A stretch of DNA of 37,392 nt from Chiloscyllium plagiosum. Its lineage: Eukaryota. The notes under the pieces were generated by a model, which was not told the DNA's origin, made no database searches, and saw nothing but the letters and a program-made list of their open reading frames with translations. Location of the stretch: assembly GCF_004010195.1 (NCBI RefSeq), contig NC_057758.1:617779-655170 (forward strand), given 5' to 3'. A program made the position numbers and the translations under genes. Below, one piece after another: positions 12,365 to 24,226 of the stretch (positions are counted from its first letter, which is position 1; the number at the start of each line of letters is the position of its first letter).

Positions 12365-14340
12365 TCAAACAAAATCAAGAATTCCAGGACAATCGCGCCA
12401 GCTTTGGAGGCATCAGTCAAGAGAAATCAGAGTTAATATTTTCGTTTCAGAGACCCGTTTTCTGAACTTATTGCCGCAAGAAAATTAAGGTTTTTGAAAC
12501 AGAATATGTTGGAGGAGAGACGGAAGGGGAGAGTTAACTTCAAATGGAGAGAAAGAAAATGAGAGAAAAATAGTTGAACGAACAAATGAGTGGATATAAG
12601 TCAGTCAGTGGGAGTGAATAGCTGCAAATGGCGCTATTGCTTGGCGATAATGGGTAGTGTTTCAGAGCAGTACATGTGGTGACAAGGCCATTTGTGTGGA
12701 GATTATGGAAAACATGGAGAAAACTTCTTGAACTTGACATTAAGTCCAGAATGCTGAAGGAATCCCAAGGAAAAAATGAGGCCCTATTCTTTCAGCGTGT
12801 CCTGCACTTTGCTAGAGCAGTGATGGGGCCGTAAAGCCGATGCAGAGATGTTAGCCAGAGAACACTGTGGTGGTGTTGAAGTGGCAAGTAGCTAGAAGCT
12901 CAGGGTCATTTATTGGTAGACAGAATATCAATGTTCTCAAAGTCATCATGCAGCTTTCACTTTGTTTCACGATTGTACAGGAAACCACATTGTGGACAGT
13001 GAATACAGTGACTGAGTGAAGTGCAGGTGAAGCGTCCCTTCACCTAGCAGTTGTGTCTGGAACCTTGGGTGGTGAGGAGCCAGGAAGTAAACAGGCAGGC
13101 GTTACACCTTCTGCAATTGCATAGGAAGCTGCTGCGATGTGGCAGGTAAGTGGAGGGAGTAAAGAAGGAATCTACAAAGGTGTCCCAGAGGCAATGTTCG
13201 TTGCAGATATCTGGCAAAGGAGGGGAGGGGAGTCTGTAACTAGTAGCGGCATCCCAACGGAGCTGACGGATATGTAGACTAATGATGCCATGCATGTGGA
13301 TGCTGGTGGGATTGTGGTTGAATATAAGGGCAACTTTATTGCTGGTATTGATGAGAAGAAAAAGCATACGGTATGAAGTGTGGGAGATGGATCATATGCT
13401 GCTCATGACCCTGACAAATACGATACTGGGTAATCCTCGACTGACCAAATAGGTGCACTGTTCGGAAATCCCTTTGTCGAAGTTTGCATCATCAGAAAAG
13501 TTGTGGCAGCGCCAAAGGAACTGGTAGAATGGAATGGAGTCCTTATAGGAAACAGGATGTGAGAATGTTTGTTAAGATAATTGTGGGAGTCAGTGGGTTT
13601 GTCGTGCATGTTGGTGGCCGACGTATCCACAGAAATGGAAACAGATTGCAAAATTGAGAAAGGAGAATTCAGAGATAGACTTGTTGACAGTGAGCAGGAT
13701 GGAGCTCAATTCATTCTAAATAAAATGAGAGGTGTTAGAAGAGATGCCTTTCAGCGAAAGGACAGTCTCAACCAGCAGTAGAAGAGTGGTAGTGGATAGG
13801 TACGATTGAGACCGTTTTTCCAGAAAGAACTGAAAAGCCCTGATTCCATTCTGATGGGGGATGCACACGTGAAGGATGTCTGACAAATAGGGAGCGGCTG
13901 TACCCCCACATACTGGTAATTCAAGAAACTGACTTAAAGTGACAGAGAAACGGCGGATTTGTGTGGGTAGAGTCTCAGAAAGGGGGGGGAGTCAAGTCGA
14001 TGACGAAAGACATGAGTTCTGTTGGGCAAGGACAGGCAGAAATAATAGAACATGCCTGGTAGCCCTGTTCGTGGATTTTAGGAAAGAGGTAAGAGCGGGC
14101 TGTGCATGGCTGAGATGAAGTAGAGGGGGATCACCGGATAAAATGAGGTTCATGATAACTGGAGAAACAATGGCATAATCTTCCATTGGCGGGTGGGGGA
14201 GGGTTAGTCATTATCCATGGAGAGATAGGAAGACAGAATATTGCTCGGATTCTGCAATATTTAAGTTAGTACGCCAGACAATAATATCACCAGTGGCAGC
14301 AGGTTTAAATACAAAGCCACCGTTGCATCTGAGAGCAGTC
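12365..14340 (-). mobile_element. Penelope-like element (RT, thumb, GIY-YIG region, terminal repeat), decayed
   Basis: Minus-strand ORF relics SVSISVDTSATNMHDKPTDSHNYL and SFLCNCRRCNACLF, plus a degenerate terminal repeat at about 12365-12470. Confidence 0.8.
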
Positions 14341-14727
14341 ATTTTGCGATTAAGATGGATAGAAAGTTTTTAGACCTTCAACAATTATCAGTGATGGTGA
14401 GTCACTCTGTAGCTGAAGCATTCAGTAGCTTGTCAACTGTCATTGAGCAAAGTTCATCAGACAAAATGATCGACAAAGGTCAACAAAGTGATCCTGATGC
14501 ACGGGGGGAAGAAATATAGCTGACTGAAACTCAGCATTCGAGAAACACAGAGATCAATTTAGCCCAGTGAATGCAGAGGTAAGAAAATTCTCAGAGGCCC
14601 GATAAAAGAACGGCCAGAAATGTTCAATGACCAAAGTGGGAGATTCCTAAGATGTAAGAAATCAAGAGCGTACGTATTTCATATGGCTTTAACCAGAAGT
14701 AGATTATGCATGCTTAATAAACTATCA

Positions 14728-15037
14728 CCAGTTTCCTCATTTCCCCTCCCCCCAGCCTGTCTCAGTCAAATCCATCAAATTCAGCACCGCCTTCCTAACC
14801 TGCAATCTTCTTCCCGACTTCTCCTGCCCCCACCCCAGTCTGACCTATCACCCTCACCTTGACCTCTTTCCACCTATCACATTTCCGACGCCCCTCCCCC
14901 AAGTCCCTCCTCCCTATCTTTTAGTTGGACCAACTTTCCTCATTCCTGAAGAAGGGCTAATGCCCGAAACATCGGTTCTCCTGTTCCCTAGATGCTGCCT
15001 GACCTGCTGCGCTTTTCCAGCAACACATTTTCATATC
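14728..15037 (+). mobile_element. Penelope-like 3' fragment with terminal repeat and 13-bp TSD
   Basis: Flanked by a perfect taataaactatca at 14715-14727 and 15038-15050. C-rich 3' region is followed by a hammerhead-bearing repeat. Confidence 0.85.
14941..14977 (+). ncRNA. Minimal hammerhead ribozyme motif (Penelope type)
   Basis: cattc-CTGAAGA-a-gggc-taat-gccc-GAAA-c-ATC. The cleavage triplet is AUC rather than the GUC seen in the copy at 21187. Confidence 0.65.
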
Positions 15038-15367
15038 TAATAAACTATCAGAAGGGTGTTTGATGGCAGAGGTTAGCCACAGATACTGACAGGCCAATTT
15101 GCATCAAAAATACCTCACATTGCCACTTCGGTCGGTATGTACTTGATTTTCCCACTTTGAATGTCTTTTTTTTTTTCAATCTGCTGCTCCAGCCAAACAG
15201 CAACTTACCTGACTATATTAGTTAAATCACTGCGATTAATCTGAGTAATGCAACTGGTTGTTTCCTCAACGGTTTAATGCATGCATAAATATAGATTCAC
15301 TTCCATGCCTCAGATGTGGCTAATCAGAATACTTCAGCACTACCGAAGTCATTCAATGTCACACAAA

Positions 15368-17148
15368 ATGAGTAAGCCTACAATTCTGCTGATGAAAGAG
15401 ATTTACTACCCGATTCTTGCACTGGTTGCTCTTCCCGGTGAGTCGATTTATTTTTTAAACTATTTTTCCTAATCAACTTATTCTGAAGTGATTTACACCT
15501 TCCAGAGCTGGCGAACTTTCTTCAGTGTTTCCTGGTCCATTGGCAGGGTCACCAGCCCTGTGCCAAGAGAGATCCTAATGTTTTAATCCACTTCTCATGT
15601 TCATCTCTCTGGTTGGTTATTTGCACTTTGAGTCAAGTGACCAATTTGTTCTATGTCAACGATTCACAACAAATAATTTTCAGAAGCAGCTGATCAATGT
15701 TGGGTCACAGTGCCAGGAAAACGATTTTGAATCTTGCCTTGGGCGACTGTCAATATGGCGTTTGCATGTTTTCCCGTGTCTTTGCGAGTTTCAACCAGTG
15801 GCTTCATTTTCCACCCACAGACAAAGATGAGCAGGTTAGGTGCAATGGCCAGGTGAAATTTCCCGTCGTGTGCAGCAACGCTCGATTAGATATAGTAGAC
15901 GCAGAATTAAGGCAGCAATAGGTCAGGGGAGTGTGTGTGGGCAGGTTGGTCTTCAGAAGGTTGACGTGAACTCTTCAGGCAAAATGTCTTGCTTCCACAG
16001 TGAATGGATTCTATGATTCAATAAATCTTCCTTTCGATCTGTGTTCACTTCATCGTGGTAATGACTCAATTATGTTGCTTAATGATCCCGCGTATTTGTT
16101 ATCGTTTGCAGTCTGATTTCCGTGATAATTGACAAAATACTTTTCATATATTGTCAATGGAATAAAAGTTGACTCACTTGAACGTATTTCAAGCAATATC
16201 ATGAATATTAAGATGCATTTGGTATCGCAATAATATTCACTTATTTATTCTCTCACAGCAAACTTGGCCACAATTTGGATTATTTCACAACGAAAAGTGG
16301 CCTCTTTAAATGCGTCACTGTTTACATGTTCGCATGGCAACAACAGATATACTTGTCCTGATCAATAATGTAATACTCTATTACATCTGCAGTTATCACT
16401 TTCCTTGTTCATTCCTGTCCCATACTCCTATTTGTAAAGTCATAATATATTTGACTGCTATTACTCCGGATTTGTCGGTTTGGTACGTTGACCCTTTCAC
16501 ATTTGATCGATTTGTGGTATTCTGTTGCCAAAAGTTTAAAGCATTGTACCAAAAGAACTGCAACTATGCTGGCAATAACCATCACGGTTATGATCGCATT
16601 GAAGGAAATACCAGTTATGTTTGCTTATTAACCCGGTGCAGTGAGACTGCCCGTCAAGTGAAACCTTTTTTTCGTCTTCTGCAGGTATTGGATATGTCTG
16701 GTTTTGTGCCACTTGTGTTATTTGGATACCCCTTTCTCTGATTGTCCTGTGTAACTCACTAATGGTCAAACGTATTGTATTGGCGAATAGAACTGCACTG
16801 GACTCAGGAACTCTAGGAGTGGAAATGGAAATGACTCAGAAATAGAGAACCGCAGAAGGTTCATCATTTTATCATTCTCTATAACAATAAGTTTTCTCTT
16901 GCTGTGGTTACCACTTACCATGGCTTTAGGCATTACCAACCTCAGAGGCACCATTTATTACCAAGGGAAATTCACAGATCCTGAATTTATTGCCTTGGAA
17001 ACGGCAGATATCTTGAGGTATTTTAGTTGTTTCCTAAACCTTGTATTTATGCAGCAGCCCAGAGCAAATTCAGAGCAGAGCTGAAAAATATGCAATATCT
17101 CCGTGGATTTTAATTTGGAGATATGGTCGACCGAAGTCTGTGAAATGA
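15368..17148 (+). pseudogene. GPR139-like class A GPCR two-exon pseudogene (exon 1 15368-15437, exon 2 16259 to about 17148)
   Basis: Exon 1 encodes MSKPTILLMKEIYYPILALVALP with a G|GTGAGT donor; acceptor tctcacAG at 16257-16258. Exon 2 contains MATTDILVLI (TM2), DLSVWYVDPFTFDRFVVFCCQK (TM3), RRFIILSFSITISFLLLWLP (TM6) and FSCFLN...AAAQSKFR (TM7). Frameshifts occur near 16297 and 16335, with more downstream. Confidence 0.9.
15697..16020 (+). mobile_element. Old HE1-related SINE in the GPCR intron
   Basis: Diverged match to the young SINE (gccttgggcgactgtc...gtttgcatgttttcccgtgtc...cccacagacaaagatgagcaggttagg...ttccacagtgaatggattctatgattc). Confidence 0.75.
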
Positions 17149-17285
17149 CTTCAGCACAGCGAAAGGTACTGCTTAACTCAGTTTTTGTTCGGTGTATTTC
17201 TCCAACCAAAAGCATGATATTAATTGGCAAAATAGTGCGCATTGATTTATATATCTTGGATTTTCGATACTGCCTATGACGTGGA

Positions 17286-17420
17286 TTCTGAGCAAGGATC
17301 ATTGGACCAGAAACATTATCTCTGGTTTCGCTTCACAGATGATGCCAGACCTGATGAGCGTTTCCAGCAACTTATGTTTTATTTCTTCTCATTTACAGAA
17401 TCCGCAGTTCATTTGGTTCT
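17286..17420 (+). repeat. Penelope terminal-repeat relic with degenerate hammerhead (paralog about 31787-31920)
   Basis: ttctgagcaaggatcattggaccagaaacattatctctgg...cagatgatgccagacctgatgagcgtttccagcaac; the core CTGANGA is mutated. Confidence 0.6.
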
Positions 17421-17914
17421 TACCTTTGATATAATTACTCTTTTCTGTTTTCCTGATTCTTTGTTGAGGAAAGGCAACATGCTGCATGGAATTCAGCACA
17501 TCCTGTATTCAGAGAAGTTAGAAAATCTGATGATTATAGATTTGAGCATTCACATGAAAAACAAATGGCCCCAATGCATCCATCGAGATGAAAGATGTCT
17601 CTTTCAAAGCATCAATCAAGTTTCATTTAATACTAAGCAACGGGACGGTATGCCCACATATCTTGTTTATCCTCAGAACTTTGGATCAGAATATAGTAGG
17701 GTGCGAATACATTATGGGAGTGAAGTCATCAATGAGAGATTTGACATAACTTTTTTTGACACGACTGACGTTCTGTGAACGAAACAGTCCCCATTCAGTC
17801 CATCGATGTCAAACCTCAATGTATCGGTCATTTCTAACAATTTCTGTTTCCCACTCATTAAAACAACAGTTTCTCAGCAAACGGGATTTGGCAAGCAGCC
17901 TTTTTAGTGACATT

Positions 17915-18013
17915 ATAAACTTATAAAATGATGAACAAATTCAGCACGTCTAGCAAATATATGTGAAGAGAGTAAACACAGTTTATCTTGTGTATAGTCA
18001 CCGTTCTTCAGAA
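17915..18013 (-). repeat. Degenerate Penelope terminal-repeat relic (paralog about 32312-32398)
   Basis: aaattcagcacgtctagcaaatatatgtgaagagag...gtcaccgttcttcagaa is a weak reverse-complement match to the 17286 family. Confidence 0.45.
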
Positions 18014-18026
18014 TGGTTGAGTAACT

Positions 18027-18600
18027 TCATTGCATTTTCTCTGCATCACTTGTGAGATAAATGGGAAATTTGAAATGACTCTTTTCACTCGACTGATATC
18101 CTGTTGCGCAAACACTCCATAGCCAGGCAACCGATGTTCCACGCAGGTTCTGCTCCCAGAGAAGGAGAAGGGAAATGGCACAAACTGAGCAGTTGAGCTT
18201 AAATGGCCCTGCGATTACTTTCATTTCTGACAACGCAAATAATCCATTCTTGTTGGCATCCCACGCACTGTCCCACCGATCAGCGAATCCACTGTGTTTC
18301 TTTCTTTCTCTCATTTCTCTCGTTTCGAGTTTCCTTCTATTTCATCACTGTTGTTCATTGTTTGTTCCTCCCATTTCACCTTCACAACTTCTTCCGGGAC
18401 TCGCTCAATATCTACAGCGCTTCTACATTCTAAGTGTCAAAATTTCCCCCATGCATGTATTCTTGTGTTACTCTTCTTCCTTCCTCGCTTTCTCTTCATT
18501 ATTTTTCTGACATTCCACCTTCCTCCATCCGTCTGCAATCCTCTCTCCCTCCCTCAGTCCTTCTTCGACGTTTTCGTCATTCTTACCACTTATATTTGAT
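18027..18600 (-). pseudogene. Decayed ORF of unknown origin, possibly a retroviral env (SU)-like relic
   Basis: A single frame of about 190 codons with stops, colinear with 32411-32985. Contains RERKKH...RWDSAWDAN...FKLNCSVCA. Confidence 0.35.
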
Positions 18601-18609
18601 TTGAGAGAG

Positions 18610-19530
18610 GCAAATGTTGTTCATCTATTCAAGAAAAGTAATAGGGAAATCTCGACAAATTAGACACCAGTCAGTGTTACGTCAGTGGTAAGAAAGGTAC
18701 TGGAAAGGATTGTGCGAGATAGGATTATAATTGCTTGGGAAAACATAGTTTGATTAAAGAGAAACATGATGGCTTTGTGTGGGGCATGTCATGCCTCAAA
18801 AGTCTTATTAAGTTGTTTGAGGATATGACGAGACAAGTTGTGGAAGGTCGAGCCGTGGATGTGGTGTGTATGGATTTCCGTAAGGCATTTGGTTCCCCAT
18901 GCTAGGCTCATTCAGAAAGTATGGGATACAGGGAATTTTGGCTGTCAGATCAACTGGCTAGCTGAAAGAAGACAGTGAGTGGTAATGATGCAAAGTATTC
19001 CACCTGGAGGTCCGTGATCAGTGGTGGCGCACAGGGATCTATCCTTGGGCCTCTGCTCTTTGCAGTTTTTATAACTGACTTGGACGAAGAAGTAGAAAGG
19101 TGGTTTAGTACGTTTGCCAATGGCATAAACACCGATGATGTTGCAGATAATGTTGAGGACATTGCAGGCTACAACAAGACATTGACAGGATGCAGAGCTG
19201 TGCTGAGAAGCGGTGGGTGGAGTTCAACCGACATAAATGCGAAGCGATTCATTTTGGATGATCGGATTTTAATGCCAAATACAGATTAAAGACAGGATTC
19301 TTGGTAGTGTTGAGGTATAGCGGGATCTTGGGGTCGACCTACATAGATCCCACATAGTTGCCAACGAAGTTGATAGGGTGTATGGTGATTTGGCCTGCAT
19401 TAATGGGGATTGAGGTTAAGAGCTGCGAGGTTTTGCTGCAGCTGAATAAAGCGCTTTTTCGAATGCAGCTGGAATAATGTATTCTGTTTTGGTCGCCTCT
19501 TTGTAGGAAGTAAGTAGAATCGTTAGAAGG
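18610..19530 (+). mobile_element. CR1 ORF2 RT fragment, decayed
   Basis: VDVVCMDFRKAF and WRSVISGGAQGSILGPLLFAVFITDLDEEVERWFSTFANG (catalytic DD lost). Confidence 0.85.
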
Positions 19531-20150
19531 ACAAACTGTCAAACCTTCAGGACAACATCAACAACAACACTGGATAACCCTGTCATCGCAAATATTGCAA
19601 GAGGTGTCAGAGTATCGAGACAGATTGCACTATTACACATGCAGAAAACACCCATCATGTAGTGGCAGTTACTAATGTTACCTACCTATATTGTCCATCT
19701 AATACTCTGCAGGCAAGAATGCCTGAAAGCATGAGAAATTGGTGAGACCAAGCAAATGCTACGAAAACGAATTAATGGACAACGGACCACAATCATCACA
19801 CAGAGATATTCCATTCCAGTCGGGGAACACGTCAGCAGTCAGGGATGATCGGCCTTGGATCTTCAGGTAACCATCCTCCAAGGCAAATGTTAGTATATGC
19901 AACAATGCAGAGTGGCAGAACAGAAGCTGATAACCAAGTTCGTTAGCCAAACGGATGGCCTCAAGTGGAACCTTGCGTTCTTGTCACACTACAGTTTACT
20001 CCACTACACGATACACTCTGTATTTCTCTCTATTTCATATACTCGTACAAGCCTACATCTCTTCTCTTACACACTCATGCACACACGCACATTCTACCTC
20101 AAAAACATGCTCTCCCTCTCTCTCTTTCAAACAGGCACATGCACACACGT

Positions 20151-20188
<38 letters not shown>

Positions 20189-20605
20189 CCTCTCACAAGC
20201 TGAAACGCTGTCAGTCTCACGCACACATGTTAGCAAACATGCACACACGGAAACACAGAACTACCTCATGCACATTCACAGTCTTATGCACGTAATCAGA
20301 AGCACACACCCTCTCTCTCTCTCATGCACGCACACACACAGAGGTCCACGGGGATCAATTTGCATTTGCAGCATTATATTTGCAGACACATTCTATTTTG
20401 CTCAAGAAAGCATGCAAGCAGTCAATTGATTTAACATTTTATAAATTCCGACTTGGGAAATAGAACCAGTCTGACTCAAGGTTGGAATGCAGAGAGATTC
20501 CATTAACGGACACCATTAATGCATTGCATTAGCTGAGATATCACTTTTATTTATAACATTTTAAATTATCTCAAACATGTGACGTAAATGATGTTCTGAG
20601 ATTCA
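19531..20605 (+). mobile_element. Penelope-like 3' fragment (GIY-YIG region and CA-rich tail)
   Basis: Homologous to 11520-12210; encodes QQCRVAEQKLITKFVSQTDGL. Confidence 0.8.
20152..20187. repeat. (CA)18 microsatellite
   Basis: Read directly from the sequence. Confidence 0.95.
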
Positions 20606-20712
20606 CTCTGTACATAGAACATTACAGTGCAGTCCAATCCCTTTCATGTAGGGCAGACCTGTGAACCCAATGTAAAGCCAATCCAACATACACAATTCCA
20701 TTATCATCGATA

Positions 20713-21035
20713 TTAGATTACTTTACAGTGTGGAAACAGGCCCTTCGGCCCAACAAGTCCACACCTACCCGCCGAAGCGCAAACCACCCCCTACATTTAC
20801 CCCTTACCTAACAGTACGGACAATTTAGCATGGCCAATTCACCTGACCTGCACATCTTTGGACTGTGGGAGGAAACCGGAGCAACCGGAGGAAACCCACG
20901 CAGACACGGGGAGAATGTGCAAACTCCACACAGTCAGTCGCCTGAGGCGGGAATTGAACCCGGGTCTCTGGCGCTGTGAGACAGCAGTGCTAACCACTGT
21001 GCCACTGTGCCGCCTACTGTGCCACCGTGCCGCCC
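20713..21035 (-). mobile_element. HE1-type SINE with a 20-bp tandem duplication of its 5' end
   Basis: Full head, body and tail. actgtgccactgtgccgcct (20996-21015) is followed by actgtgccaccgtgccgccc (21016-21035). Confidence 0.9.
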
Positions 21036-21093
21036 ACATATGTTAATCCAATGACAATTTAAATGCCATTAAAGTTGACGAGGCTTTTACCGA

Positions 21094-21218
21094 GGAGAAA
21101 GTGAGGACTGCAGATGCTGGAGATCAGAGCTGAAAATGTGTTGGTGGAAAAGCACAGCAGGTCAGGCAGCATCCAATGAGCAGGAGAATCGACGTTTCGG
21201 GCATAAGCCCTTCTTCAG
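21094..21218 (-). mobile_element. Solo Penelope terminal repeat (125 bp) with 14-bp TSD
   Basis: Flanked by gaggcttttaccga (21080-21093) and gaggcttttactga (21219-21232). Confidence 0.85.
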
Positions 21219-21220
21219 GA
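21187..21220 (-). ncRNA. Minimal hammerhead ribozyme motif, intact core
   Basis: Minus strand reads tc-CTGAAGA-a-gggc-ttat-gccc-GAAA-c-GTC-gatt. Confidence 0.75.
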
Positions 21221-24130
21221 GGCTTTTACTGATGCAGGCACGGCATTCCACGCTGTTACTACTCTCTGCTTAAAAATAACTACGTCGGACCTTTTTCCTA
21301 TATCGATCACACCTCAATTGAAATGTATGTGCCATCGTGTTAGCCACCACAATCCTAGGAAAACGGATCTCACTGTCCACCCTATCTAATCCTTTGATCA
21401 TCTTGTACATCTCTATTAAGGTACGTCTCAGCATCTTTTCTCGAATGAAAACAGCCTCAAGTCCCTCAGCCATTCCTCATAAGACCGTCCCTCCATACCA
21501 GGCAACATCCTGGTAAATCTTCTCTATGCCATCTCCAATGCTTCCACATCGTTCTGATAATGTGGCGAACAGAACGATAATCAATAGTCCAAGAGTGGCC
21601 GGACCATAGTTATGGACAGCGGCAACATGACCTCATGGCTCCGAAACTCAATCACTCAATAATAGTTAACAACAGCATGCCTTCTCTCCATCCTATCAAC
21701 CTGGGTGGCAACTTTCAGGGATCGATGCACATGAATACCGAGGTCTCTCTGCCCATCCACACGACCAGGAATCTTACCATTAGCCGAGTAACCTGCATTC
21801 CTTTTACTCCGTCCAAACGAAATCACTGCACACTTTTCCGCATTAAGCTCCATATGCCACCTCTCTGTCCAGGGCTGCAGCTTGTCGCTGTCCCTCTGTA
21901 ACCTTAAACATCCTTCCACACTGTCCACAACTGCACCAAAGTTCATGTCATCTAGAAATTTAGCAAACCGTCTCTCTAAGCCCTCTTCCAGGTCATTTAC
22001 AAAAAGAAAATGACAAACGGTAGTGACGCCAAAACAAATCCTTGTGGTGCACCACTCGGAACTGAAATCCAGGATGAACATTTCACATCAATCACTACTT
22101 TCTGTCTTCTTTCAGCTAGTCAATTTCTGATTTAAATCGCTAAATCGCCATCAGTTCCATTCCTCCATACTTTCTGCAGTGACCTATTGCGAGGAATCTT
22201 ATCAAACGCTTTTCTGAAATCCATATGCACCACATTAACCGCTTTACCTTCATCCACCTCTTTTGTCAACTTCTCGAAGAACTCAATAATGTTTGTGAGA
22301 CATGAAGTACCCTTTATAAAATCGTGGTGTCTGCCCCATTCAAATTATTCCTTTCTAGATGATTATACCTCTTTTCTCGTATATGACTTCACAACACTTT
22401 ACTGACAACCAAAGTCAGGCTCACTGGTCTATAATTAACAGAATTATACTCCCCTACTTGCACAAACGGTCAACATTTGCTATTCACCAATCATCTGGCA
22501 ATATTCCTGCAGAAAATACCGACTTAAAGGTCAAAGCGTAAGGCTCTGCAGTGTCGCCCTCATTTCAAAGAGAATCCTACGGTAATTCCCACATGATCCA
22601 AGTTTCGCAATATCTCATTTCACACTTTCCAGAATTGCTAACAAATTACGTCACGAATTTTAATCCTGTCTCGTCTAATAGCCTGTATCTCAGTATTCTC
22701 CTTGACAACATTGTAGTTTTCCTGGATGAGTATTGACAAAAACAATTTAGCGCATCTCCTGTCTCCTCGGACTCCACGCACAAATTCCCATTACTCTTCT
22801 TGACTGTCCCTAACATTACTGTCGTCATTCTATTATTCCTGACATACATTTGGAAAGCGCTACGGTTTCCCTTGAGATGGCCGGGTTTCCAGTCAATATT
22901 TGGAAAGTTAAAGATCTCATAACAACGACCCTGTTTGTTCTACTACTTTCCAGAGTCATTCTTGCAATTCTTTCCTCTAAACTCTAAAACGTTTCGGAGA
23001 TCTGGAGAGAATTCCCGACAGGGTGACCTCTCCTATTCTTTTTCTAACCTAAGCCGATACTACGTCAGTAGACAGGTCCTCTTCAAACACTACTTCTGCC
23101 ACCATAATACTCTTTTTGACGAACAATGCCACACATCCCCTTCTTCTGCCACCTTCCCTGTTCTTACTGAAGCATTTAAACCTCAGAACATATTCAACAA
23201 CACCCATTCTTATCCCTGCTCTATCCATGTCTCCAAAATGGTCACAACATCGAAGTTCCAGATAACAACCCATGCAGCAAGTTCATCTCGCTTATTCCGA
23301 ATGCCAGTAGAGAAACTTCAAACCAACTTCCTGCATGCCAGTACACTCGTGTAACCTTGAAACCTTATTTATGACCTCATTACTCTCAAGCTCCAGTACA
23401 CTGGAGGTACAATTCGCTTCCCATCGCCCGGCTGAATTAGTTTAAATCCTCCTGAACAGCATTAACAGATTATACGCCCGAACCCCAGGTACTCCTCTGT
23501 TTCAAGTGTAGAAAATCCAGTTTGGAGAGTCCCACTAACCCCAGAATAAGCCTCAATTATCCACTCTGGACCATCCTTACAGCCCTTGTGTTCAATTACT
23601 CACTCTCCCTATTCCTCACGTCGCTAGCAAATGGCACGTGTAACAAATCTGCTTCTTCTCGCTTTAAGCTTCCAAACTTGCTCCTTTAAATTTTTGCCTT
23701 ACAGCTCCATGCCTTTTCAGAACTACATTGCCTATGTGTTCAAATACTACGGCCTGCTCCCCCTCCTCCTTAGGTATCCCACAAACACTTTTTTAGACAT
23801 CATGGATCCTGACATCTGGGAGGCAGCTCGCCATCCTTGAGTTTCTCTCTATCCCACACAATATTCTATCTATTCCCCTAAATATGAAGGCCCCATGAAC
23901 TAATGCTTTATTCCTCTCGCCCTTCCACTCTGTGGAACGAGGAAAGACTATCCCAGAAACATGCACCCCATGGCTTACACCTGATAAGTCGTCCCTCCCA
24001 ATCGCATACAAAGCGGTGTACTTACTATTGACGGGAATGGCAGCGGGGCTTCTCTGCACTGTTTTCCTGATCTCCTTCTGTTTCCTGCCTGTCACCCATC
24101 TACCTTTTTTCCTGTACCTGAGGTGCGACT

Positions 24131-24226
24131 CAAACTCCACACAGTCAGTCGCCTGAGGCGGGAATAGAACCCGGGTCTCAGGCGCTGTGAGGCAGCAGTG
24201 CTAACCACTGTGCCACCGTGCCGCCC
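24131..24226 (-). mobile_element. HE1-type SINE head only (3'-truncated), between 111-bp direct repeats
   Basis: 96 bp of tRNA-derived head. The flanks 24020-24130 and 24227-24337 differ at 2 positions. Confidence 0.9.

Larger units (their letters stand above)
15693..23598 (+). repeat. Segmental duplication, copy A (paralog 30213-37121)
   Basis: Colinear order of intronic SINE, GPCR exon 2, terminal repeats, decayed ORF, CR1(+), Penelope(+) and CR1(-). Internal deletion junctions are shared with copy B. Confidence 0.9.

Noticed and set aside
17242..17778. 178-aa ORF downstream of the GPCR
   Set aside because: It overlaps a Penelope terminal-repeat relic, has no recognisable domain, and the paralogous region (31782-31967) closes early.
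18175..18599. Hydrophobic + strand ORFs here and at 32557-33064 as membrane proteins
   Set aside because: They result from the pyrimidine-rich antisense of a purine-rich strand. Several frames are open at once and none has a recognisable motif.
19897..20429. His/Thr-rich ORFs
   Set aside because: These are translation artefacts of (CA)n and the Penelope tail.
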